From: a bacterium
GTDB taxonomy: Bacteria; Patescibacteriota; Minisyncoccia; Minisyncoccales; GWA2-46-15
DNA: 64,000 bases
Reading direction: 5' to 3'
Assembly (NCBI GenBank): GCA_030704795.1
Contig: JAUYCZ010000015.1
Coordinates: 27,540-91,539 of the forward strand
In this document: piece by piece, positions 1 to 8,915 of the stretch
How the letters are laid out: the number at the start of each line of letters is the position of its first letter
Position numbering within the stretch: the stretch's first letter is position 1
Position numbers and translations under genes: made by a program
Notes under the pieces: generated by a model
What the model saw: only the letters and a program-made list of their open reading frames with translations
Database searches by the model: none
What the model was told of the DNA's origin: nothing

Positions 1-357
1 AATTTTATTTTCAAAGAAATACTGACCCAGGCCGGAAATTAACAGATCTTTCCACCACTGAGCTTGTTTATCATCCAGAGAGCCCGCCTTAACTAAAATC
101 TCCGGAGAACAAGTCGCTTTCCAATAAGAAAAGGATTCGATCAGGCCCAGATGGAAAACGAAATTATCGACCATCCCCCACTCCAGATTATTCAACCTGA
201 CCGAATCGATATTTTCAATAATTAACTGGGGAGAAAAACTAATGTTGGGAGGTGTCTCGAAACTAAAAGAAATCCGCAGGTTTTTTCCTTCGATCTTCCA
301 AGAGAAATTCTCGTAAATGAATTGAGGATACTTTTTTCTTAAAATCTCGTACTTCAT
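1..357 (-). CDS. murL: MurL-like UDP-MurNAc-L-Ala-L-Glu epimerase, N-terminal part (runs off window edge)
   Basis: Hand translation from ATG 357: MKYEILRKKYPQFIYENF...FHLGLIESFSYWKATCSPEILVKAGSLD...WWKDLLISGLGQYFFENKI, resembling the MurL N-terminus; directly downstream of mraY; absent from ORF track because truncated. Confidence 0.65.
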   Translation of the reverse strand, partial: MKYEILRKKYPQFIYENFSWKIEGKNLRISFSFETPPNISFSPQLIIENIDSVRLNNLEWGMVDNFVFHLGLIESFSYWKATCSPEILVKAGSLDDKQAQWWKDLLISGLGQYFFENKI

Positions 358-362
358 TTTAG

Positions 363-1430
363 CTAACCGAAAAGCCTGATCATCACTCCGATCATGGCCA
401 TGACCATGGAAATGACCCAAAATCTCATCGTGATCTGATAGCTGGGCCAGCCCTTGGCCTCAAAATGATGATGAATCGGCGCCGCCAAAAAGAGTTTCTT
501 ACCCCTCAGTTTCTTAGAAAGCAACTGCAAGATGACGGAACCCGATTCGATGACGAGTAAAAACCCAATGATCGGCAAAACCAAAACCGAATCGGTTAAA
601 AAAGCGACGACGGTTAAAGTGGCGGTTAATCCCAAAACTCCGGTTTCGCCCATATAGAATTTGGCCGGGGGAATGTTGTGCCACAGAAAGGCCAGTAATC
701 CTCCCATAATCACAGCCATAAAGGTCGCCAAGTCAATCTGGTTGCGAAAAATGGCGATGCCTGCGTAGGCACCGAAAATGGTGGCGAAAACCCCGCCCGA
801 CAAACCGTCGATGCCGTCAATGACGCCGCCCGAATAAACGGCCAGCATCGTCACGACGAACAAAGGGATGTAAAGGCCGTCGATCTCCAGATTGCCTACG
901 CCGGGAATGTGTAAAGTACTCCCGCCGAGTTTAAAGTAAAACCACCAGGCGCCAATCAGACCGATGGCGGCCACCAGGCTCAAGCGATAGATCAGGCTCA
1001 GCCCCCCGCCAATATATTTTCCTTTGCCAAAAACCTGAAGCAGGTCATCGGTCAATCCTAATAAAGAAGCGGCCACCAAAGTAAAAAGCGGCAGCCAAGT
1101 CTGGTTGCGGCTCAAGAAATTGAGTTTTTCAAAGATGACGAGATCGCTGACTTGGTCGAGAACGAAAAACAAAATGATCAAGATTAAACTCGAGGCCAAG
1201 ATGAGAATACCGCCGAATCTTGGAGTTTTTACTTCATCTTCGGAATGGAATTTCTGGAAATAAGAAAGCTCTCCCCCGTCAATCGCTTTCTGACGGGCTT
1301 CTTTTCGCCAAAGCCGGTGTTTATAGAGAAAGCGAATCAGCGGCCCGGACAAAAGAAAGGCCAAAACAAAGGCCAGAGTACCCGCCGTTAAGATCTTGAT
1401 GACGTCAAAAGAAAGACCGGAAAATGGCAT
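363..1430 (-). CDS. mraY: Phospho-N-acetylmuramoyl-pentapeptide transferase
   Basis: TPRFGG, GLTDD, DGIDGL, YMGETG, APIHHHFE motifs; multi-TM. Confidence 0.93.
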   Translation of the reverse strand: MPFSGLSFDVIKILTAGTLAFVLAFLLSGPLIRFLYKHRLWRKEARQKAIDGGELSYFQKFHSEDEVKTPRFGGILILASSLILIILFFVLDQVSDLVIFEKLNFLSRNQTWLPLFTLVAASLLGLTDDLLQVFGKGKYIGGGLSLIYRLSLVAAIGLIGAWWFYFKLGGSTLHIPGVGNLEIDGLYIPLFVVTMLAVYSGGVIDGIDGLSGGVFATIFGAYAGIAIFRNQIDLATFMAVIMGGLLAFLWHNIPPAKFYMGETGVLGLTATLTVVAFLTDSVLVLPIIGFLLVIESGSVILQLLSKKLRGKKLFLAAPIHHHFEAKGWPSYQITMRFWVISMVMAMIGVMIRLFG

Positions 1431-1440
1431 GATGATTACT

Positions 1441-2403
1441 CTAATTAAAAGCTTTGATCAGCTTTTCTAATTCGAGAAAACGGGACTCTTGGGAATCAGC
1501 TCCCAAGACCAAGCTAATGAAATAGTTTCCGTTTTGATCTTTGGTCACCAAGATAATAGAGCCTCCGGCTTCATCAGTATAGCCGGTTTTACCGCCCACG
1601 ATCTTGAGATTCTTGATCTGGCCAAATGAAGTTAAAAGCTCATTGGTATTAAAGGCACGGTGATGAGGCCGATTGTTCTCGCTCAAAATAATGACCGAGG
1701 GCTGAGCCGAAACCTCCAGAATAAAAGGATGGGTTTTGAGGATAAAAACCATCAGGTTGGCCAAGTCCCGGGCGGTAGAAAAATTATTCTCGGCTTCTAA
1801 TCCCGTCGGCGTCGAAAAATAAGTTGATCTCAGGCCCAGTTCTTTTGACTTCAGATTCATCAAGGCCACAAATTCCTCCCGGCCCGAGGAAATCGAAGAT
1901 TTCGCCGCTAAGGCCTCGGCGGCATCATTACTTGATTCAATTAAAGCCATTTTCAACAACTCTTTGACCATAATTCTCTCTCCGGTCTTAAGGTTTCCTG
2001 AGTTTCCCTCCTGAGAAACGCTGGTCAAAGAGATCTCCACCTCCTGAGAAAGAGGCTGGTTTTCTAAAGAAACAACGGCCGTCATTAATTTGGTCAAAGA
2101 GGCAATGGCTAGTTTTTGGCTCGAGTTTTTATCGAAAAGAACCGTTTGCTGGCCATCGCTCTTTACTTTCAAAACCAAAGCGCTTCTGGCGGCAATATCA
2201 AAGTTCAATGAAAATTTTTTAACCGGGGAAAAATTTTTGAAGTTAGAAAAATCATTTTGAGAGGCTTGAGCCAAGAAAGTATCCGGTGGCAGATAAATCT
2301 GGCTCAATAAAAAATCCTCAAGCCTTAACTCTCCCGCGTTGAGAGCGCCAAAGAGGGACAGACTGATGGTTAAACCAATTAAAAAGAATTTTAGTCCTGT
2401 CAT
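1441..2403 (-). CDS. D-alanyl-D-alanine carboxypeptidase (peptidase S11)
   Basis: IASLTKLMT (SxxK), SSN (SxN), GKTGYT (KTG); N-terminal signal/TM. Confidence 0.9.
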   Translation of the reverse strand: MTGLKFFLIGLTISLSLFGALNAGELRLEDFLLSQIYLPPDTFLAQASQNDFSNFKNFSPVKKFSLNFDIAARSALVLKVKSDGQQTVLFDKNSSQKLAIASLTKLMTAVVSLENQPLSQEVEISLTSVSQEGNSGNLKTGERIMVKELLKMALIESSNDAAEALAAKSSISSGREEFVALMNLKSKELGLRSTYFSTPTGLEAENNFSTARDLANLMVFILKTHPFILEVSAQPSVIILSENNRPHHRAFNTNELLTSFGQIKNLKIVGGKTGYTDEAGGSIILVTKDQNGNYFISLVLGADSQESRFLELEKLIKAFN

Positions 2404-3821
2404 CTTTTTTGCTTCTCGTCCTCTTTTCCGACAATCTTGATTCCGAGTTCTTTTAATTGTTCCGAGCTGACTTCCGAGGGAACGTCCATCATCAAGTCAC
2501 GGCCATCGCCGGTTTTAGGAAAGGCGATGACTTCGCGGATGCTCTCTTCTTTTAAGAGTAAGGCGACCAATCGATCTAAGCCCCAGGCAATGCCGCCGTG
2601 GGGCGGACAGCCGTAGGAAAAGGCTTCCAGCATATGACCAAAATTAGTCTTAATTTCTTCTTCCGGGCGACCCAGAATTTCAAAAACCTTTTTTAAAGCC
2701 TCAGCTTTATGATTTCTGATTGAGCCGCCGCCGATCTCAAAACCGTTGAGAACGATGTCGTACTGAGTCGTGATAATCTCGCCGATTCTCTCTTTGTTCA
2801 TCAGCCACTCCAGATGCTCGGGCTGAGGCGCCGAAAAAGGATTGTGAGTGAAAGTCCAGGCCCCTTCCTTATTCTTTTCAAAGAAAGGAAAATCAATCAC
2901 CCAACAAAAAGCCAAAAGGTCCGGATCGTTTTTGTCTCGCCTGAGATCGGGACGATCGGTCTTGTATTTCGACATCGCCTCCTGAAAAGATATTCGGGGA
3001 AAAGGAACTTCTTGAATCTTTTTTTGAGGCGTAACCTTTTTAACCGTCTCGATCAATAACCTCTCATTGAGAGCCATAACGTCTTCTCTCTCGACAAAGG
3101 AAAGTTCCATATCCAGCTGAGTAAATTCCGGCTGTCGATCGGCCCGTGGATCTTCGTCGCGGAGACAGCGGGCGACCTGAAAATAGCGCTCCATGCCCGC
3201 CACCTGCAAGAGCTGCTTGTATTGTTGCGGACTCTGGGGTAGGGCATAGAACTTGCCTTTCTGAAGCCGGGAAGGAACAATATAGTCCCGCGCCCCTTCG
3301 GGAGTTGATTTAGTCAAGATCGGCGTTTCGATTTCCACGAAACCTTCTTGAGTTAAAAAAGCTCTTAAAAAGTTAATAATTTGGTGGCGCAGAATGAAAT
3401 TATTTTTTAATCTTTCCCGCCGCAAATCAAGATAACGGTATTGCAATCTTTTTTCTTCCGAAATCTCGCGCCCGTCGCTCTTAACGTCAAAGGGCAGGGG
3501 TTGAGCTTTAGAGAAAACTTCCAGGTTTTCGGCTAAAACCTCAATTTTCCCCGTCGCCAAATTGGGATTTTCCGTCTTCTCGGGCCTTTCTTGAACCAAG
3601 CCTAAAATCCCGACGGTTGACTCCGTCGTTAATCTTTTCGCCTTCTCGTAATCTAAGGACTCGGCGGGAAAAACGACTTGAACCAAACCGGTCCAATCCC
3701 TCAAATCAAGAAAAACAACCCGGCCGTGTTCTCTTAGAGAGTTAACCCAGCCGCAAACATGAACAATTTCCCCTGTTTTCTTAATTGTTTCAACAATTAA
3801 CGTTCTCTCCATATGTTTCAA
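2400..3821 (-). CDS. aspS: Aspartyl-tRNA synthetase, short form lacking most of the GAD insertion, probably non-discriminating
   Basis: OB-fold, STPEGARDY, LPQSPQQYKQLL, RDED.RADRQPEFTQ, PPHGGIAWGLDR; 473 aa. Confidence 0.93.
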   Translation of the reverse strand: MKHMERTLIVETIKKTGEIVHVCGWVNSLREHGRVVFLDLRDWTGLVQVVFPAESLDYEKAKRLTTESTVGILGLVQERPEKTENPNLATGKIEVLAENLEVFSKAQPLPFDVKSDGREISEEKRLQYRYLDLRRERLKNNFILRHQIINFLRAFLTQEGFVEIETPILTKSTPEGARDYIVPSRLQKGKFYALPQSPQQYKQLLQVAGMERYFQVARCLRDEDPRADRQPEFTQLDMELSFVEREDVMALNERLLIETVKKVTPQKKIQEVPFPRISFQEAMSKYKTDRPDLRRDKNDPDLLAFCWVIDFPFFEKNKEGAWTFTHNPFSAPQPEHLEWLMNKERIGEIITTQYDIVLNGFEIGGGSIRNHKAEALKKVFEILGRPEEEIKTNFGHMLEAFSYGCPPHGGIAWGLDRLVALLLKEESIREVIAFPKTGDGRDLMMDVPSEVSSEQLKELGIKIVGKEDEKQKR

Positions 3822-3833
3822 TTATCTTTATTT

Positions 3834-5054
3834 TTATCCATTATTCAATTCTTTTTCTATTTCTAAAAGCCTTTGGTATTTTGCCAGCCTTTCTTTTTGC
3901 AAAAGCCCGCCGGCGGCAATATAGTCAGCCCCCAAGCCGACGGCCAAATCTGCCAAAAAACTATCCTTGGTCTCCCCTCCCCGGTGCTTGGCAAAAAGCT
4001 TCATTCCCTGGCTTTTGGCAAAATTGGCAACGCCGATAGTTTCGGTAATTGTCCCGACTTGGTTTGGCTTTATGATAATGCTGTTGCAAGCTTTTTCTTT
4101 AATCGCTTTTTTGGTTAACTCTAAATTAGTTACCAAAAGGTCGTCGCCAATAACCAAGAGTTTTTTGCCCAAGTCCTTGGTTGTTTCCCTAAATCCCCGC
4201 CAATCTTCCTGGGAAAACGGGTCTTCAATGCCAAGAATTTGATAGTTTAAAACCAGTTTTTTATAGAATCGCAATAGTTCTTCGGCCGATAATTTCTCAC
4301 CCTCAAAAATATATTTTCCCTTTTTGAAAAAGTGACTGGCCGCCATATCAAGAACAAGTCTTTCTTTAATGCCCGCCCTTTTTAACGCCCCTTTGATAAT
4401 CTCGAAGGCGGCTTCGCTATTTTTTAAAACCGGGGCAAAAGCGCCTTCCTTGCCAACGGCCGCTTTTGCCATTTTTTTGAGAAAAGAATAAACCTGCCTA
4501 ACTTTGGCAATTCTTTCTGACAAGCTTCCCTCCTCAATGGCAACCATAAATTCCTGGGTTGAAAACGGCCCCCGCCTCCCTCCGTGAAGCCCGCCTTCAA
4601 GTAAAAGAAAGCAGGGAATCGGCATTTTTGGTTTTTTGTTACCTGTTAGTTCAGCGATGTGTTGCCAAAGAAGCAAATTTTTAGCCTTGGCGCCGGCACG
4701 GCAAACCGCCATCGAAACCGCCAAAATCGCATTTGCTCCTAAGCGCGATTTATTTTCCGTTCCATCCAGCTCGATTAAAATGCTATCGATTTCGCCCTGT
4801 TGGACAGGATCTTCGCCCTTTAAAGCCGGGGCAATTATTTTCTCAATATTTTCACAAGCTTTTTTGACTCCCCCATTCTTGTCTCTCAACTCCATCGCTT
4901 CATACCTGCCTTTGGAAATACCCGAAGGCACCGAAGCAGAAAATCTTTCTTGGTTCATTTCCAAAATCGCTTCGACCGTCGGGTCGCCCTTGGAATCAAG
5001 AATTTCCCTAGCTTTAATCTGTTTTATTCTAAACTTGAAATTTGTCTTTTTCAT
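3834..5054 (-). CDS. eno: Enolase (divergent)
   Basis: AREILDSKGDPTVE, LDGTENKSRLGANAIL, IEDP, GDDL, IKPNQ. Confidence 0.88.
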   Translation of the reverse strand: MKKTNFKFRIKQIKAREILDSKGDPTVEAILEMNQERFSASVPSGISKGRYEAMELRDKNGGVKKACENIEKIIAPALKGEDPVQQGEIDSILIELDGTENKSRLGANAILAVSMAVCRAGAKAKNLLLWQHIAELTGNKKPKMPIPCFLLLEGGLHGGRRGPFSTQEFMVAIEEGSLSERIAKVRQVYSFLKKMAKAAVGKEGAFAPVLKNSEAAFEIIKGALKRAGIKERLVLDMAASHFFKKGKYIFEGEKLSAEELLRFYKKLVLNYQILGIEDPFSQEDWRGFRETTKDLGKKLLVIGDDLLVTNLELTKKAIKEKACNSIIIKPNQVGTITETIGVANFAKSQGMKLFAKHRGGETKDSFLADLAVGLGADYIAAGGLLQKERLAKYQRLLEIEKELNNG

Positions 5055-5977
5055 TTGGAATTAACTAGATATTGATGAGCCGACAAGACGGCTTTAACGC
5101 CCTCCCCCGCAGCAATGACGATTTGTTTATACTTCACATCCGTCACGTCGCCGGCGGCAAACAGGCCCGGGGTTTTGGTCGCACCGGTCTTCGGATCAAC
5201 GACAATTTCTCCCCACGGGTTAAAAATAACCAGATCTTTAAGGAAGTCTGTCACGGGTAAAGAACCGATTTGAACAAAAACACCCTGAATCTTCAACTCC
5301 TTGATTTTACTTGAAACGAGGTCCTGATAAACTAATTTATCCACCATCTTTTCTCCTTTAATCTCTAAGGTTTGGGCCGATAAAATTATTTCCGTTTTCC
5401 CAGACTCTCTGATTTTTTGTTGAGTAATATCATCGGCAATTATCTTAGATCCAAACTCTAAAATATAGATTTTTGTCGCGTAGGGCAGTAAATCAATGGC
5501 CGCCTCAAAACCGGCATTGCCGCCGCCGACAATCGCTACTTCTTTATTCCTAAAAAGTGGGGCGTCGCAAACCGAACAATAAGAAACGCCTTTGTTCGAA
5601 AACTCGGCCTCGCCCGGCACTCCGAGCAATCTCGGGTTACGGCCAGAGGTGATAATAACGGTCCGACCCTCAAATCTCTTTCTTTGAACCGTCTCAATTT
5701 CAAAAACATTTTCTTTTTTAATCAACGAGATGGCCTGATCCCCTTCCCGAATCTCAACCGGGAATTTCTTCAAATGTTCTTTGAATTTTCCCATCAGATC
5801 CAGGCCGCTGATTTCGGAAAATCCGGGATAGTTTTCCACCCAAGCTGTTTTCCCGGTTTGGCCGACGAAATCTTTGGTAAGCAAAAGAATCTTTAGGGCC
5901 TTTCTCGCCCCGTAAATACCCGCCGCCACGCCAGCCGGCCCGCCGCCGATGATGATCAAATCATAAATATCTGCCAT
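5051..5977 (-). CDS. trxB: Thioredoxin reductase / AhpF-like FAD oxidoreductase
   Basis: GGGPAG, SYCSVCD (CxxC), GGGNAG, FAAGDVT. Confidence 0.9.
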   Translation of the reverse strand: MADIYDLIIIGGGPAGVAAGIYGARKALKILLLTKDFVGQTGKTAWVENYPGFSEISGLDLMGKFKEHLKKFPVEIREGDQAISLIKKENVFEIETVQRKRFEGRTVIITSGRNPRLLGVPGEAEFSNKGVSYCSVCDAPLFRNKEVAIVGGGNAGFEAAIDLLPYATKIYILEFGSKIIADDITQQKIRESGKTEIILSAQTLEIKGEKMVDKLVYQDLVSSKIKELKIQGVFVQIGSLPVTDFLKDLVIFNPWGEIVVDPKTGATKTPGLFAAGDVTDVKYKQIVIAAGEGVKAVLSAHQYLVNSK

Positions 5978-6060
5978 GTACTTAAATATAGCAATTTTTA
6001 TCTTAAAAATCCAGCCATCAGTTTTTTGACAAACGAAGCTCCTCTATGGCTCGAAAGTAA

Positions 6061-6225
6061 AAAATCGGACATCGCACGTCCAACAACGCATTAATTCTGC
6101 CATCAAACCGACAGTTAAAACAACTTAGAATCATTGCTATAGCAATTATTTCTAGTTGTTTAAAAAAATTGAATTTTACCGCTGGGAATCGGACATGCGA
6201 TGTCTGACAAATTGACGCGCCAAAT
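6061..6225. repeat. Composite palindromic intergenic element related to the 52.0/54.2 kb repeats
   Basis: TCGGACATCGCACGTCC (also at ~51979), central palindrome around TTGCTATAGCAA, second TCGGACATGCGATGTCTGA, ends CGCGCCAAAT. Confidence 0.6.
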
Positions 6226-6273
6226 AGAAAAACCCCGCTCTTGCGAAACGAGGTCTTTCGTTTTGGGTTCATT

Positions 6274-6939
6274 TCACCTACTCAAGGTAGAAGTTGGCAA
6301 CCCCGAGATCTGCACAAGAAGCGCGTCGCCGGGAAGTCCACCATAGAGAAGGTCTGCACGGAATTCGTAAGGGGTAATGCTGTTCTCCGGTATCATCTGT
6401 TCATTGTAGGCTACGAAAACAGCAAAGGCGGAATTCGGAGAGTGTGAAATGCGCCACTCTCCAGGGACAATTGTGTTGCTTGCCAGATTGTAGATTCTCA
6501 TCGATGTTTTGTCGATGAACTTGACCCTGTTTCCCTTAGCATCTGTCAAATAGATGCCGTCATTTGCGGATTTTGTTTCTTCGCCGCCCACCCACATCAG
6601 CATCGGGCCACCCGCATCAATGGAACCGGTCAGTTGAAAATCGACAAGCCGCCAGCCGACATTGCCGCCCTCAGCAGCAATAGTCCATCGATAGAGAACT
6701 TTCATTCCTGCGCCGAGCAAGGTTGACCCCTTTTCCGCCTTCATAACTCCAACAGGTGTCGGACGCGGCACCGGGGTGATCATCGCAACCTGCGTCTCCA
6801 GCGCGGCGATTTGCTGTTGCGTCTGGTACAGCCTTTCATTTATTTTGGTCATACTGCCCAACATGAATGAAAGAATGAAAAGTAGACCGGCGCCCAGCAA
6901 TAATACCACAGACCCTGTGAGCAAATACTTGGGTTTCAT
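6274..6939 (-). CDS. Hypothetical membrane-anchored protein (TM, short coiled coil, Pro-rich linker, beta-rich domain)
   Basis: Start moved to ATG 6939 (MKPKYLL), preceded by AGGAGG; the ORF-track extension is structured leader. Confidence 0.7.
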   Translation of the reverse strand: MKPKYLLTGSVVLLLGAGLLFILSFMLGSMTKINERLYQTQQQIAALETQVAMITPVPRPTPVGVMKAEKGSTLLGAGMKVLYRWTIAAEGGNVGWRLVDFQLTGSIDAGGPMLMWVGGEETKSANDGIYLTDAKGNRVKFIDKTSMRIYNLASNTIVPGEWRISHSPNSAFAVFVAYNEQMIPENSITPYEFRADLLYGGLPGDALLVQISGLPTSTLSR

Positions 6940-7163
6940 TTCTCCTCCTTGGAGAATAGCGATCTTCGTTTTGGTTTTGAGTCTCATCAAAGACTCAACG
7001 AAGACCGTCAGCAGAGGGTTCCTGGATTCCCCAGGTTGTCTAACGAGGGGGTCGGGGAATCCTCTGCTAAGGGCCTTCAAAAACGAAGATTTTAACCCAA
7101 AACGTTTGTTGTTTTTAAAGAACAGAGTGCCCGAATCATAACATACAAATTTTATTATGTCAA
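6940..7163 (-). promoter_or_regulatory. Sigma70 promoter plus ~190-nt structured 5' leader
   Basis: TTGACA 7163-7158, 17 bp, TATGAT 7140-7135; nested stems 6962-7090; hairpin over SD. Confidence 0.65.
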
Positions 7164-7213
7164 GAACAAAAAGGGCACATCTCCGTAACGATTTACGAGG
7201 TCGTTAATATAAT

Positions 7214-7240
7214 AAAAACGGCGGAGATCATCCGCCGTTT
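7214..7240 (-). terminator. Intrinsic terminator
   Basis: AAACGGCGGA/TCCGCCGTTT hairpin with T-tract after the 7267-8889 gene. Confidence 0.7.
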
Positions 7241-7266
7241 CCAATCCTGGCTTTTCGAATTTCAGG

Positions 7267-8889
7267 TTAAATGCCTTCTTTTCCTTTAATTTCGGCGATC
7301 ATCTTAGCCAACTTCTCTTCGGCCATCTTATTCGAATCCCGAGGTAGGAGATTATCCATCCTGTTCTTGGCTGTTTCTAAAGCGCCAGTCACTCCCCAAG
7401 CATGGGCCCGATTCCCCAGATAGAACTTCAAAAGCAAGAAGTAGGTCAATAAAAGGGTGGCGATTAAGGAAAGGAAAAAAGAAAAATAAGCCGAGCTAAA
7501 AATGCCCGTCGGAATAGTAGTCGCGCCGGCGACGGAAGTTTTGACCACCTGAACCTTGGCCGTCGCCGTTTTGGCCACGGTCGTGTTGTAGACCAGGGCG
7601 GTATTAATGAGATCGGTGGTACCGAAAGTGAAATTAGCCGAATTGGCCACCACCGCTTCAAAAATGACGGTCTTGGTCTGTTGAGGATTAAGAGTGCCGA
7701 TGTTTAAACCGTTGAGAATGTCGCCCGAGACAAGAACATTATCAACTTTCAAGTTACCCTTATAGCTAATCTTGTCGGGCAGAGTGTCTTTAACGATCAG
7801 GTTAGTCGCGGGCTGGCTGCCGGTTGAGGTAATAAAAATTCTGAACTCGATGACCTCGCCGGGATCGGCCGCCACCACTTCCTGAAAACCAGTGCCATCG
7901 CTCAGATTTCTCGCCAATTTACTGAGGCTCAAGTCCTGAGTTCCAGAAACAGAACTGACCACGACTTGAGCGGTCGCCTCGGCCGGAACAGCTTGTCCCC
8001 TCTCGACCCTAACTTTGGTAATATAAGTGCCGGGGTTAGAATAACTACAAGCGTCAACTATGGTCTTGGGGTTATCTATGATTCCATTATAGGTATATTC
8101 CCAAGTGCCATCTGAAGTGCAATCAAATCGGTAATTGATGGTGCCCGTCGCCGTTCCGGTCACCGTCGCTCTCAGATCAACTCCGGTCAAAGGAGCAGTG
8201 CCGGTATTGGGAAGAGCTTCCAGGCTGGCATAAAGCGTCGACTGAGCTCCGACTAAAACGGTCACGCTGTCGGCAGAAGACGCCCCGCCGGTATTGGTAC
8301 AAGTTAAAGTGTAGGTTTTGGTGTTAGTTAAATTTCCGGTTGACTCAGAACCGGCCGTCACTTTTCCGCCCGTCCAATCGCCGGAAGCCGTACAATAACT
8401 GGCGTTGCTCGAGGTCCAAGCCAGAACCGCCGGAGTATTGGTATTAATGGTCAGCGGTCCGTCAGAACCATTGGCTTTAAGATCGACCGCCGGCGTCGCC
8501 TGAGATTGAGCCAAAATGGCCGTTGTTCCCTGGAAGGCCAGATTCTCTCTTTCTACCCTAATGCTGGCCGTGTAGTTGCCCTGACTAGAGTAATTGCAAA
8601 GATCGACCGCGGTATAAGCAGGACTGCTCGTAACGATAACCTTTTCCCAAACGCCGTCTGAAGTGCAGTCAAAACTATAGGTGATATTGCCGGTGGCGTT
8701 ACCCGAAACCGTGGCCGTCAAATCGACTCCGTTTAAGGGAACGGCGCCCGAAGAAGGATTGGCCGAAATGTCGGCATACAGGGTAGAAGCCGCCAAGACC
8801 GGAAGCGATAGCGACGATCCCAAAATCAAAGCCAGTACCGCCAAGGCCGTAGCTTTTCTGAAACCCTTAAGATTTAGATATTTGTTCAT
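7267..8889 (-). CDS. Surface protein: PKD/Ig-like domains, DUF11-like domain, putative sortase signal (IPTG + TM + basic tail)
   Basis: Signal peptide; two FDCTSDGxWE...C.Y domains; LSLSK...PGEVIEFRI...VKDTLP; TTIPTG then hydrophobic helix. Confidence 0.75.
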   Translation of the reverse strand: MNKYLNLKGFRKATALAVLALILGSSLSLPVLAASTLYADISANPSSGAVPLNGVDLTATVSGNATGNITYSFDCTSDGVWEKVIVTSSPAYTAVDLCNYSSQGNYTASIRVERENLAFQGTTAILAQSQATPAVDLKANGSDGPLTINTNTPAVLAWTSSNASYCTASGDWTGGKVTAGSESTGNLTNTKTYTLTCTNTGGASSADSVTVLVGAQSTLYASLEALPNTGTAPLTGVDLRATVTGTATGTINYRFDCTSDGTWEYTYNGIIDNPKTIVDACSYSNPGTYITKVRVERGQAVPAEATAQVVVSSVSGTQDLSLSKLARNLSDGTGFQEVVAADPGEVIEFRIFITSTGSQPATNLIVKDTLPDKISYKGNLKVDNVLVSGDILNGLNIGTLNPQQTKTVIFEAVVANSANFTFGTTDLINTALVYNTTVAKTATAKVQVVKTSVAGATTIPTGIFSSAYFSFFLSLIATLLLTYFLLLKFYLGNRAHAWGVTGALETAKNRMDNLLPRDSNKMAEEKLAKMIAEIKGKEGI

Positions 8890-8915
8890 GTTTTTTTCTT
8901 TGAGTTATTAATAAT

